Under the pieces are notes generated by a model, which was not told where the DNA came from, searched no databases, and saw nothing but the letters and a program-made list of their open reading frames with translations. A stretch of DNA of 64,000 nucleotides from positions 106,479 to 170,478 of the forward strand of contig NMRA01000544.1 in the NCBI GenBank assembly GCA_002633005.1, in the 5' to 3' direction. Positions 36,018 through 48,498 of this stretch are shown here, piece after piece. The stretch's first letter is position 1; the number at the start of each line of letters is the position of its first letter. Origin of the DNA: Phoronis australis (lineage: Eukaryota; Animalia; Phoronida). Made by a program: the position numbers and the translations under genes.

Positions 36018-39000
36018 AATGTTTTCTTCTGCCATGCAAAAGATTAGACGTCTCCGAACTGGCATATTACCAATATAAGCCTACCATAGGCGGCGCTGGC
36101 AAATCAGTACAGCTTTACGTATCGTCATCGTTGACCATGTTTCTTAGCTTTTATCAGGAAACTGAAGGTGGCGTGCAATATACTCCTGATTAAGCACTGT
36201 TATTCACAATTAAATTTCCTTATATACGTTGCTTCTATGGTAGGGTGAATAGGACTTTTCATTTTTTTTACATTTTTCTACGATTTCATATTTGCTTGGC
36301 CACGCAAGTAAGCCTACAATCATCAGCTGTTGTTAGTTATTGAAATTTACTGAGCGCTGCTTCGGCGGTGAAAACTGGGCCACTTCAAAAACAACACCTA
36401 TGAGCTCCATTCGGACCACAATATCAGCATAGTAAGTAAGAAGTGTTAACTTGTTTCGTTTCAGGAGTCGTTTTTGTGACTGTCGCAATAGTAAATCAAA
36501 ACATCCGACACTCGCCGCTCTGTGGAACTGAATGCCTTGATTAAGCAATAGCTATATTACACGAACAGCGCTCAATACACCTTTAAACGTACAGAGAATA
36601 TTTTAGATGGTTTTAATGTAGTTTCGCATTATTAGGTCATTACCGCGTATATTACGTGGTATGGTGAGTCTACCAATAAATAATGCATTGATTTTCTATA
36701 TAGACTGATTAGTTGAGTGACGGGTATGGCAAAACGCACAAAATTTTAATTTCTGAAGTCCTAGTCACATTACACTCCTTCTCAAAACGTCCAATCTCGC
36801 CTTAACATTTTGATGAAACGCGCGGAAAGTCAACTTTGGCCAAAAATGTTTCAAATGGGAAACCTTCCATTTTCTTATCATACGATACTTCGTCTGTTCG
36901 CACTGGTGTGACGGGCCCATACATTTTCAGAAGTCTTGTTGCATCGTGAAATGCGAAATATATCAAAAAGTATAATATTGAAATCCTTCACATACGAATA
37001 AGATATCTAATTAACTAATTAGTCAACTGATTAACTTGTAATGCCAATTAATTCAAACTGCAAGTGTAACATAAAATGAAATGAACCAGAGAGCCAAATG
37101 TTTCATCATAAAATAAAAATTAGTGATACACGAGACATTGGAGCACAGTTTTACGAATGTAATGTTACTAAAGAACGAGGGCAGTGAAATATAACAGTAT
37201 AGCAATTTTCATCACAAAGGGAAAATGTTATTCGGAACACCTGTAGCGTAGTTGTCAACATTCGAGTTTGGAAAAACTGGACAACTTGTTTGAAAAGCGG
37301 GACATCCGGATAAAAAGTGAGACATCTGGGCCTTTGCCAAAACGCAAGGATGAAATGTTCGTCACAACAAGCAAAAGCGTTCCGACAGCTTTTTCGTTGA
37401 ATGGGAGATTACGTGTGCCATATACACCCAATAGCGTCGACAGCTTTTTTTTTGTTTTTTAGCCGAATAAGAAATTCCGGGTGCCGCAAAAACCCATGAA
37501 ACGCACCGAGCAGATAGGGCTAAGTCGCGCGGGAAATCACGATAGCGTATGATGATATCAGAAGATATTTTAGTTTCGCCGTCTGTCAAAAAGCAGGACA
37601 TTTTGATGGTGTAGACGGATGGACGGAAGAAATGCATAGAGTATGAAGATGCACCAGGAGCGGGGCAATTGGCAAGTAGAATGTACACTGTCGGTAACTT
37701 TTCAAAGGTGTTCCACCCAACCATCGGCAAAACCTGCACATAATTTTTGAAACTGGGAGTTGTGCGTAGCTTCGAATTCATTGGCAGAGTGCGAGTACTC
37801 GCAATACTTAAATGGAAGGTTCCGGTTGTAAAAAATGAGAAATGTTGGGACAGTTTTGATGAGAAGCAAATTCGCCGTATTAAAAACTTTTAAAAGAGGT
37901 TCAACCCGAACCAAAGCCGATAGTGGCAAATATCTTTAAGTATGGAAGGAAGTGTAGTTCAAAATTTGTAATAAGTTTCGGTTACAAAAGAGGAAAAATG
38001 TCAATTGGAATAGAACCAGTTGAACTCATTTGGATTTGGCTGTTCGGAAGGGCCTGTGACTTAGCTGTGCCTGAATGCACCCTCCTTCCCCGCTCGCCTT
38101 GTACCAGTTTCACATCCCCCTTATGAGGCCCCAGAGGCGTGCGTGTTTGAGTAAATAACTTAACAACTTATAATAGATAAGAAATGTCAGTTGGCATACA
38201 GCGCAAGTTAGGCTTATCTGGACATTGGTGTTCGGAAGGGTATATGGACATACATGTAGCTTTGCCCGAATGTATAAGCGTAGGAGATGTTTCATCCTGC
38301 CCGGTCGCTTCCAGTTCCTCTCCTCAATCGTCACCAATCCCCCCGCCACTAATTTTATCTTTGCCCCGTCCGCCAACAATCCCTCTTCTCTGTCGCCACC
38401 AATCTCCTCGCCATCAATTTCGCCTCTGCTCCGTCGCCATCAATCATCCTACTCGTATGTCGTTTCCTATATTTTTTCATAGGTTACTCCAATGCTCGAT
38501 TTTTCTTGCTTTGTTCGAATTCTCCGTTTTGCCCCTCCCCCGCCTGTGATTATGATAAGTTATGTCGCATGCAGGTGAGGTTTGTCACGCGACATGTGGT
38601 ATTTAATCGTGAGACGCACATGTGCCTTCACATGCTTTAACTAGATTACGCAGGTGTTACGAACGTGCTACAGGGCATCGCAAACCAGACAGAAAGTAAC
38701 GCGCCCAAATGCACTACTACTCAGTGGGTTGGGGTGAATTTCACAGGCTGTGGATGTTGTGCTGACGAGTTTTGTGCCTCTGTTTACGAAGCATTTGCTG
38801 TTTGGTCACTTGACTCAAATTAGCTGCTTAACACCACCGAATGCCCCCAAACACTGTACCCGTGTTCAAAGTCTGCGCTTTGTCCTGCTCCGTCTCATGG
38901 AGAAGATTTTGTGACAGGCTTGTATAAGTCCGTCTTGTGGTCTTTCCAACGGTATTCACTTGTTTGGTGCAACGTCATTTTGTCGGACGTTTTGGACCCA

Positions 39001-40150
39001 GCAAAATAAAATTAAAATGCTAAAATTAAAAACTATAATAATAAGTACTTTGAAAATTGTCACCTGGTTATGGACCTGGTGACTCGCAATCCCTTCTCAA
39101 CTGCGCGGGCACATACAATGGTGCTATCGTTGTCGGAACACACAAGTTTTTTTGCTGAATTGCCCCCTCCCCCCCCCATTTTGCCTGAATCAGAGGCAAA
39201 TCCAAGACCTGCAAAAGTTTTGAAAACGTGACGTGTATTTCTATTCCTATTTGTGAGCCCAAATCTCATCATACTAGTGGCAGATACGTAATCACTAAAC
39301 ATCCAAATAAATTGCAAAACGCAGAGATTCCTTTTGACGCAAACTGTCATTACACTCAAGAAAAGTAACTTTGAAAAAACAACGATTTGTGATACATAAT
39401 TCCCGGTTATTTAAACGCGATCAAGAAACGTAAGATTGATTTAGATCACTTTAATACCGCTATAAAATTGATTGGTCTTAACTTGTTCCTTCTCGGGATG
39501 AGAAGTATTATTTTGTGAATTTCCAAAGAACTGACAGTTTGCGTTTGTGCAAATGAGACAAAACTCGAAGCGTAAAATGACAGGTCGTGGACAGCAACTT
39601 GTAGAATTTCATCTCAAGTAAGGAACGAACAGTCAGCTCTTTGAAGGCCTGAAAAACCTCCAATTTGACCAAGGAACAATTTGAGATCAATTCCATAACC
39701 GTAAGCTATTAAGAGCTCTAGACCATAGCTGATCTGTATTGTGATGGATGGCGAATTTGTAGCCGCCGCAACGGTAGAAACAGTAAATTGTATTCGCGAG
39801 TCAGTAGAGTCTGCTCACTGTTATGAGTCGAGAGTATTATAATTTGAGCGACATACCATTATAAAACTGGTCTTATCTTTTTTCTTCACTTAGTTAAGGG
39901 AGTGAACTCTGGTTTCGGGAAGAACTGGCATTTCAGTTCTTACTCAGACCAAGTCCAAAACAATTCAGGTCAAGACGTGAAATTTATAAGCCTTCAAATA
40001 ACATCCAATTTGACTGAGGAACAATTTGAGACCAAATTCAAAAGTCACTCTTTTCTATGGCATGAATGCTGTTTATTCTCACATAACTGGAACAAACTAC
40101 ACAATGCTCAAATTCAAGTAAAACAAAAGCCTTTCTTTTTCTATAAACAT

Positions 40151-40246
40151 TTAACAGAAGTTGAGGTAGGGTGTGCTGGTCATGTAGACATGCATCGTAG
40201 ATATAGTTCCCGTCTTCAAGCATGACGGCACACTTTTCATGAATCT
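40151..40246 (-). CDS. Uncharacterised secreted protein, exon 8 of 8 (terminal)
   Basis: tatttcag|AGA. RFMKSVPSCLKTGTISTMHVYMTSTPYLNFC*. AATAAA on minus at 40077-40072. Confidence 0.85.
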   Translation of the reverse strand, partial: RFMKSVPSCLKTGTISTMHVYMTSTPYLNFC

Positions 40247-40886
40247 CTGAAATACGTAGAGCGTGTGTTAGCGCGAAACAGATATTTTTTCGAAGAATCA
40301 TTTTGAGAAAATGCTTCAAAGACAATTTTATACAAACTCATCGTAATGACGGACATCCACATAGGGAAACATACAATCACAATGAATCATTCAGTGACCG
40401 ATTCAGTTGTATTTAAACTGAACAAAGTTTCTGTTTTATGTTTCATCTGTTTTACTTTTCTTGGTACTAGGGTCCATGCATTTGAGCAGGGGGAGAGGCG
40501 TCCAATAAAAATCGCCCTGGGCATCACTAAACCCATGCACGTTATTGTGTAATTGAATCATGTCATTGTGAAAAAACCGACTGGCACTGAGCCTAGGTTT
40601 ACTTCATCGGGCAATGTAACACCCAAGCTATGTCAAAATGTGTGCCATCGTTTTTCGACCTTTCGCCCAGTGTCTTACCAACTGGTCGCATGACTAGCGC
40701 TGAATGCTATTTATGTATATAACCTGGACCTGGGACTCGTTCCGCAAAGACGAAAGACTCATGCAAATGAAAGTTAGTGTGATCACATGCTGGTTTGTAA
40801 TACATGGCAAAGTCTTGCCCAGACTTGGATGGATTCATTTCTTTTGCAAGAAAATTCCTTCTCACGGAAGGCAGCCCAGAACTTAC

Positions 40887-41047
40887 TCCGAATGAGCTGA
40901 AGGGCGGGTGCTCAAAGCGAGAGGACGGCAGGTCAGCAAACAGAGCCCAACCAAAGGCGTTCAGTTTGCCTTTGTTGTACAGCAGGAACAGCGGTTTGGT
41001 ATCGCTGCACTTCATGTCCGGTGTCACGTTGTACCATTTATGAACAC
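40887..41047 (-). CDS. Uncharacterised secreted protein, exon 7
   Basis: ttttatttaag|GT...GGA|gtaagt. GVHKWYNVTPDMKCSDTKPLFLLYNKGKLNAFGWALFADLPSSRFEHPPFSSFG. Phase 1 to 0. Confidence 0.88.
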
Positions 41048-41931
41048 CTTAAATAAAACGTGAATTCGGTGTTAGCTATCTGGCCCCAACTATGAAAGCG
41101 TATTTATTCTTCAACCTAATCCAGTTCTCATCTTTCGTTTGAATAGCCAATGGTTTCAATAAATAGATCTGAAATTCTGCCGTCGTCCGTGCCGCCGTGG
41201 CAACTGAAACTGATGCCTTGACAAAGCTACTCGGTGGGCTTGTTCTGCAGCAAATAACGACACATCAATTCTTCTCTAGCCCAGAAATCATTTTCAATGT
41301 AAGCAAGAAAAAAGACAAAGCCCGTCTTATATTTAAGTGGCCAAAAGAAAAGACTTAGATTTTTTGACACAAGGGACGGGTGTATTGTCCCTGTAATGAT
41401 TCGTGGCTAATTTGTCACCCAAGTAATGATACAGACGGTGGCACAATACCTCAAAAATTCACTGCCCAATAACGTAAATTGTTGCCTGACACCAAACGTA
41501 AAAGTTACAATATTTCCTGAATGTAATTGTGACCAATTTTGCGCTTTTTACACGAAATTTAAATTTCTGCTCAAGTGTTTCACATAAAGAAGCATGTGCC
41601 TAAACTTTAATTATGCGCGCGCGCAGCTATCCATTGTTATACGTACATGTCTTAAACTGGGTGTTTCTGTTTGTAGTTTCACATGTAGCCGCACGCGCTT
41701 AATTCCAGATATAGGCACAGCTTCACATTTTGTCACATGGGCCTAAGTTTGCCTATGCACGCGGTATTCATGTCCCTCACCCAAAATCACCTTGTCAAAG
41801 ATGTGTGATAGATTCCGAACTTCATGAGCTTTGTTTCACAGGAAAGGTTATTCATTTTTCAAAATGTCAAATAATTATTGGTTTCTGATTGTTCAAAATG
41901 TAAATTAAGTTTTTATCAGTAAATATTTTAC

Positions 41932-42090
41932 CCATTCCGACGAAGCATTTTCCATGAACCCACGGTGCTTTCACTGCCTTCTCTTCCATTGGAATTGTCA
42001 TCAAGGACCCTCCATCTTGAATGATCAGACGATCACCAGTTCCTTGTGCCTCAAATTCTGTCTTGTTTCGTCCCCCGTTACATATCTTGG
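41932..42090 (-). CDS. Uncharacterised secreted protein, exon 6
   Basis: cattttcag|CC...ATG G|gtaaaa. KICNGGRNKTEFEAQGTGDRLIIQDGGSLMTIPMEEKAVKAPWVHGKCFVGM. Phase 1 to 1. Confidence 0.88.
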
Positions 42091-42399
42091 CTGAAAATGG
42101 TTGATGCCGAATTTTTAATTTTTTCCTATCTCGACCACAACGCTTAAGGCCAACAACTTCAAAAGTTACTGCTACAATCCATGTTCGGGTGTCAAAACGT
42201 TGCTTTTTTTCTTCATTGTCAGTATCAGAATGTAGACCTTGGCCTCATAATACTGTTAACATTACAACTTTACAATGATAAAATTTCAGCTCTTAGCATA
42301 GTCGTTCTTGTAATACATAACACCGGGTTTTTTTTAGTTCAAAAAGTTCATGGTTTTGAAATAATCTAACTTCTGTGGAATCATCTGTCATATTCGTAA

Positions 42400-42582
42400 A
42401 CAAATGTTCTTCGCATATCCCCAAGGACAGGGCAGTGAGACATAAAATGAATCTCGTTTTGCAATATGACCAGTGTTGAGTATTACACAAATTCTCTCAT
42501 CCTCGGTCTTGAGGTCTGTGTGTCGCCTTGTTTCAATGTAAATTTTGTGCATTGAGCACCTAAAACAGCAAGTATTTTCCTT
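42400..42582 (-). mobile_element. Degenerate 3' fragment of a non-LTR retrotransposon ORF2 (C-terminal Cys/His domain)
   Basis: Frameshifted RKILA.FRCSMHKIYIETRRH...ERIC...NEIHFMSHCPVLGDMR, homologous to 55792-56106. Confidence 0.65.
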
Positions 42583-43575
42583 AGGTAGGGGTCTGAAACG
42601 TACAGGTGTTTTTCACAGTGTAGTTCCGTTTTGACAGTGCAATAGAACAGGACCGTCCCGGATTACAGAGCGACATGCGAACCCACAATGCCGCAAACAT
42701 CCGCCAGGCACATTTTGTGTCCTTGGAATTTCACAAGTTGTCTGTTGTTGTCTGATTTTTTGCAAGTTTTTTCTCGGCGTCATTACTCTATTCGCCCTTC
42801 CAATGCTAACAAAATTTTACTGATGTGCTATGGGCTGCAGCTCTGCCGTGAAAAAGTTTGATAACTGGACAAATACCCATGGATGCGTGATGTGAAGTTC
42901 TTCGCCTTCCTGATATCAATAAGAGACAAGTAAATGCGCTGCAAGTGGGTAAAACAAATTCGTCGGGTTAATTTCAAACGGAAAGGCAGAGTTCTCTTTC
43001 TTGAAGATACCCTTTCAATTCCGGTACTTTTGAACGGCTGAAATCTGGAATATTTCTACGACCCCTAGCCGGTTTCCGACAAGATCTGCAAAAATGTGCC
43101 TCGGTCCTAAAACGAGGTCGAGCGCTTTCTTTTATTTGACATCCGGGTACTTTGAACGAAAAGTTATATTCCGCGACTACCTGTTCAACATCAGCTCATA
43201 ACGGAATTTATATCGAATACTTCGTTTTAGCCAATCAGAGGATAGAAGTATCAGTGGTCGTGTAATAATGAAGATTTAAAACATTTGAATAATTCATATT
43301 TAACATCACACAAAACACTGCGTCATCCCGCTGTTATTTGCGTAAATCAAGGTTGTTTCCGCCTTGTACACACAAATCAATGCATAAAATTGTAGTCTAT
43401 CTATGGTGATCTTTTTGACTAATGGCTTTAATAGCTTAAATGAAACTCTTAAGCAGAAACCAGAAAGTGCAAAGTTAATCGAGGAACCGGTATTTCTACA
43501 CTGGTTGCTAGAATTAATGCATTGTTTAACCACAAAAATCGGAACGTGGTCACACATTTAGAAATAGTCGGTTAC

Positions 43576-43678
43576 CTGGGTCCGTAAAATAAGCGGAAAC
43601 TGTGAACTTGTCACTTTCTTCCACGAAGGATTTCTTGACTTGGCCTGACGGGTAACCGTTAGATTGGTTCTTTCCTAC
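43576..43678 (-). CDS. Uncharacterised secreted protein, exon 5
   Basis: gattttag|GTA...CCA G|gtaacc. VGKNQSNGYPSGQVKKSFVEESDKFTVSAYFTDP. Phase 0 to 1. Confidence 0.85.
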
Positions 43679-44059
43679 CTAAAATCATAAAGCGTGGGTA
43701 AACACACCTCTAAATTTACGAGTTTACGGTCATAAATTTATGAAAACATTCAATCTTAAGTTAAAGACAAAAGCTGGAATAAAAAACAGATTTAACACCG
43801 TCAATGGAAGTTAATTAAGGCATGGACTTGACGCTTTAAGAGGTGTTGCAGAAATGGTACTTGTACGATAATGGAAGACAGACAAGTCCCTGGGTCATGT
43901 GGATTACCTCGTCAGAGTTTGCTGTGAGCAAATACCATTTCTATAAAGTCGGAAAGATACTGTTGAAACGCGCTCGGCGGAGACGAAAAGCTAAGCGCTC
44001 AATCAGCTGCCTCAAATACAAATTGGCTAAGGGAGCACACTAGGCCAATATGAGAGAGT

Positions 44060-44910
44060 ACGACATCAATGCAACACAAGGGGGAACAACTGGTTGGACT
44101 TCAAAACCGCTTGTCCGCACTTCAAAACGAGCTGGTTGGACTGCAAAACCCAATGGCCGTTGTTCTAACTTCATGGTTGGACCTCAAAACAGAATGGTCG
44201 GTACCTCAAAACCAGATGGCTGCACCTAAAAAAACGGGTTGGGCGGTGCTCAAACACAATGGTCGAAAAAATCACTGATTTTGAACAGAACAAACAAAGG
44301 GGTACGAAAAATAAACACTAGATGTCACTAGAATCCTTCGAGGCTTACCCTCTAACACAGCGCCAGCTATACTGAAAAGTAGCCATGTGGAAACATTATG
44401 AACGACACACGGAATTCCGTGTGTGGGCATGAATGCGCATGCCTTGGTCGGAAGTATACCGATCACATCGCCACCACTTGCACACGCTTTTATGTACTGT
44501 GCTTGTGTGGGCTTAAGCCTTTGGATCGGGGTGCCCTTGATTTTGTTTACTTGGATCACTGCCTGTTTTAATAAATTAAGTCAAAGGTGGTCGCCATACT
44601 ACGCAACAATAAACTGAAAGGGGTTTCCCAGATTTCAACCAATGAGAATGACTGAATGTTATGACGTCGGTTTCATTACTTTAACCAATGAGAAGCCATG
44701 TTAAACTACATTCCGCAGTGCTACCTTTTGTAGCACTGTGAAAGAGTGTAAGTGAGTCTCTGAGGAAGTCCGGCCTTGGTGTTTGATCACCAGCCAACTG
44801 GTTGTAGCACCCACCATCGCGTTTTGAAGTCCAGACAACACGTTTGATCATCGGCCATGGTTTTGAAGTCCGACCCCCCCCCCCTCTTGCAATGCATGCC
44901 TTGACGTAAG
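44060..44910. mobile_element. Foldback/MITE-like element with ~21-bp subrepeated arms in intron 4 of the minus-strand gene
   Basis: Left arm repeats ggttggacttcaaaac-like units (44090-44270). Right arm has the inverted gttttgaagtcc units (44820-44872). Boundaries approximate. Confidence 0.5.
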
Positions 44911-45142
44911 TTATCTGCTAAGCTCATCTACATTTGAAGTAGTTGGTTCAACGCGTAGTTTGTCGTGTGCGTCGAGCCTTCAGGGTGGGATACTGTGTAT
45001 TCGGAAGGCACGAAGTATTTGAATATTTTCAGTGGTTTGAAACTAATATTGTTCTAAATAAACTGAGGAAATATGATAAGATTTTCTTGTCAGCAAGACC
45101 GCGTGTAGGACATGAATGGTACATCTGACGACTTAAACTCAC

Positions 45143-45246
45143 CGCTGTTTGAAGTCCAGCAATGTAGCCAGCATCGTCAAATAACAAGATGGAGCCCAAA
45201 TCTCCATTTTGCATGTAACGGTGGCCGTAAAAACCGTTGGCATTGT
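45143..45246 (-). CDS. Uncharacterised secreted protein, exon 4
   Basis: aactttcag|AC...GCG|gtgagt. NANGFYGHRYMQNGDLGSILLFDDAGYIAGLQTA. Phase 1 to 0. Confidence 0.88.
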
Positions 45247-45948
45247 CTGAAAGTTATGAAGAGAGTTATAGACTTCAGAAAAAGATGGGAATTTTATGAA
45301 TTCCTGAAACTGGTCCTCTGTTAATCAGAAATGGTGGTTTTCATTTTTGGACAAATTATATTTTCCGATTGGTTTACCCCGTGTCTTTGTCAGTTTCATT
45401 GACGTAAATATGACTTCCATTAAATTTACCTGCAGTCATAAAGCGCAGTAGAAACTTAATTTAGAAAATACTACCTCGAGATGACCTTTATTGAAAAATG
45501 AGTGAAGCCTAGTGAGTTCACGTGCTTCGTTTGTAATGCGTTGGGACATCTCGCGAAGACTAGCGTGATCTCGCCAAACTCGCAAACAACTAGCCTTACG
45601 GGTAGGCAACCCTGGCACACTTTCATAAAGTAGGATTGAAAACAATGGGGGCACTGTCATAGCCACGGGGGCGTACGGGGTAATGCCATCTTTTCATTAC
45701 GAATTACGAAAACCCCTCCTCCGGGCGAAATTCAATTTCGCGTTTGTCCCTTACTCCCAGTTGAATGCCTATGTCTTCGACAGTGAATTGCTGGTCGGTT
45801 GAGCCGAAACTTTCATTTGAGCACACGGGCGCACTGAAACATCCGCGTTATGTCCCAATTTAAGTAATGCAGATTTCACATCTGAGACAACGCCTGGGTC
45901 AAATGCCGAGTTAATTTCAAAAGTAAAAGTAAGCAAATGGAAACTTGC

Positions 45949-46035
45949 AATCGCAGGATTTGTCCAGGGTCCATCCGTCTTTTTTAGCTTCCTCGACTGT
46001 TCGCGGTAAATACTCCGGCCTCAGGCCGAACGTCA
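45949..46035 (-). CDS. Uncharacterised secreted protein, exon 3 (GC donor)
   Basis: tgtgtttcag|TG...GAT T|gcaagt. VTFGLRPEYLPRTVEEAKKDGWTLDKSCD. No phase-1 GT donor occurs before the in-frame stop. Confidence 0.8.
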
Positions 46036-46288
46036 CTGAAACACAAACAAGACAATTAAAGTGAAAGGCTAGTGAGCCTTTTGACATAACATTTAAGTTT
46101 TGTATATTACAATTGCAAACGATACATATTTACAAAGAACTAACATGTACATGTACGCATGGGCATGCGGTTCTAATAGTGCGACAGTTTTCGCGGGTTG
46201 CAGTGAAAATGGTCTTACTAAGGAAGACGTTAAGAGAGAATGCTATTAATGATTTGAAAGTTTAGGTTTACTACTGTATCCACTGTAC

Positions 46289-46312
46289 CTCTCAAGGCGT
46301 CCCAGGCTGGCG
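46289..46312 (-). CDS. Uncharacterised secreted protein, exon 2 (24-nt micro-exon)
   Basis: Strong polypyrimidine tract tttctttttctttattttag|CG CCA GCC TGG GAC GCC TTG AGA G|gtacag, encoding APAWDALR. Symmetric phase 1. Confidence 0.75.
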
Positions 46313-46892
46313 CTAAAATAAAGAAAAAGAAATAAAACAGAATGAAATGCAACGAATAAGATTATTTGTCGACTCTCTAAAACGATTTGTTGCCGAAACC
46401 CGTCGACATGCTTACAAGACTCCCAACTCCCTTTATAGCGACATGGATGACGTTGTAAAGCCCGCTTTTATAAAATCGAAACTTACATGTATCGTGTATT
46501 TAGACTCATGCGCTCATGTTTGAAACACTTGAGAAAAAAGGAGGAGCAAATGTCTAACACATGCTAATGAAACTTGACTTATTCGATACAAAACGGTGCA
46601 CGTTGACGAGTACTCAATATAACGCCAACTATTAAGTGGGTGAAAACAAAGGATAACGTTTAAAGGACATCAACTTCGAGAAAAGTAAATTTCTGAGATC
46701 AGTATCAGCGCGTAATCGCACCTGGAATTCTCGCAGTGGCAGTAAAGCTCTCACATTCTGGCGTAATTAAATCCCGCTTGATAAATGCAATGTATTTACA
46801 AACGTGTTACTTGGTAAAGTCACCGGCCTGAACTTCAGCGAATGTTTGGTAGACGAAGATGAGTTGTAATAAAGCTACAAAAACACAAAATT

Positions 46893-47217
46893 GACGATTT
46901 TTGAAATACGCGCGAAGAAAAAACTCTCCCCCCCACTTATGATAAATGCGCGCATGCGTTCAGTCTTGCTTGAAGTCGCTTGAGGTCAAAGGAAATGTGT
47001 TACGCCTGTCTTGCCATACCACATAAGGAGACGTGTTTTATCATAGGAAGAAAATTTGACGAAGTGGCGAGCAGTTGACAAATCGTTTGGTTTTTTTTGA
47101 AATTTGAAACTAAACGAATATGGTTTGATATCAACATAAATTAAAAATCTTTACAAACAAACCCTAAAAATACTTGGTGAACAGGTTGAAGTCTGTTTCA
47201 GTGGCAGAGAACCACCT
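46893..47217. repeat. Interspersed repeat, related copy at ~53978-54602
   Basis: Shared blocks acgatttttgaaatacgcgc, gacgaagtg.cgagcagttga, gaaatttgaaactaaa and tgtttcagtggcagagaaccac. Confidence 0.7.
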
Positions 47218-48363
47218 TCAGAATTGCAATTTAGTCTGTTTATCGCGTTCCAGGCCTCTTTAACAGAATAAAATACCCGCAAGTGCAGTTGCATCGCGTT
47301 GCAAAGAACCTCGTTTTATATTTTTACTCGCTTATAACGTTCCATTCAACTAGAGTTGTTTTTTTTAATTAACGTGCACTTCATTTCGCACGAACACAGA
47401 TACAACTTTCCAGTTTCAATCCGCTAGTGAGTAACTTGACTAAATTTACAGGGAACCAGCGCACGCGTGTCCAATATATCAAGCGCCGACTCTTATTTCA
47501 CATTGTGAACCACCTAGGATGCACAGACATGTGATTTGATGCACCAGAGCGGTTATTTGACACCATGCAAATTTGTTTTTCGAGGCACAGTTATTACTTT
47601 GCGAAGTGAAATTTCTCTGAGTGCGTTGTGCCGCTCCAATCAGTTCAAGGCGTTAAGCTGAAAGTGTGAGTAATATCTTATACATGTTACGTCACTAAGA
47701 AAGTCAATTACCAAATTTAAACGAAACAGACATTCGGCATGATACGTTTTGGAATTTCTAAAAGACAAAAATGCCCAAAATTAACAAAATCACTTCCAGG
47801 GCTCCTACAACTTGAAAACCAGATTTCCCTACTTTTCAGTAACAAACGGCTTCTCAATATATGGAATCCCTGTAAGTGACTGATACCCACAATTGCAACC
47901 ATTTTTCTTCAAATGACGTTCGCGGGAAGCAAGAGTCGACCAAAATATTATTTTGACCGTATTCCAAACGTAATGACAGAGTTTTTTATTCGCGCGTATT
48001 TCAAAAATAGTGAATTTTGTGATTTTTTAAGGAAATTTCCTCCCAGGGAAAGTGAATAACTCTGTAGTAGACGTTGCGAGATGGTACTTTCGTCAGGAAT
48101 TGTTTAAAAGATATTTTTGACGGCCTTCTGCGTTCCATCCCCTTTAAAGCTCTCATATTCCCTAAGACATGTGTCCTATGAAAGGGTTCCCCGCCTGTTT
48201 TCATAACTGGGACCCAGGCGCTGTATTCGAAACACTTGAGTGAATTTTTTCTCTCTAAAAATAAATTCGGATATGGCACACATTTACGGTATGAGACAAA
48301 CTGAATTTACAGAACTGACTCACTTCTTTCCAAAACTACGTAAAATAGACTTATTACACATAC

Positions 48364-48439
48364 CACTGCTTTTCCCAAAAATTCCAAGTGCTGTCTTGGA
48401 AGACAGGCAAACGAGCAAGACGATTCCAAGGTACTTCAT
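48364..48439 (-). CDS. Uncharacterised secreted protein, exon 1 (signal peptide); 269 aa total
   Basis: aacATG MKYLGIVLLVCLSSKTALGIFGKSS G|gtatgt. The eight exons sum to 810 nt with no internal stop. Confidence 0.85.
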
Positions 48440-48491
48440 GTTAGTCGGTGGACTGCTGAGCTGAGAGTAAAGCCGGACCAAGCAAAATATG

Positions 48492-48498
48492 TTTTATA
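48492..48498 (-). promoter_or_regulatory. Candidate TATA box of the minus-strand gene
   Basis: TATAAAA starts 59 bp upstream of the ATG, with Inr-like tcag about 30 nt downstream. Confidence 0.6.
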
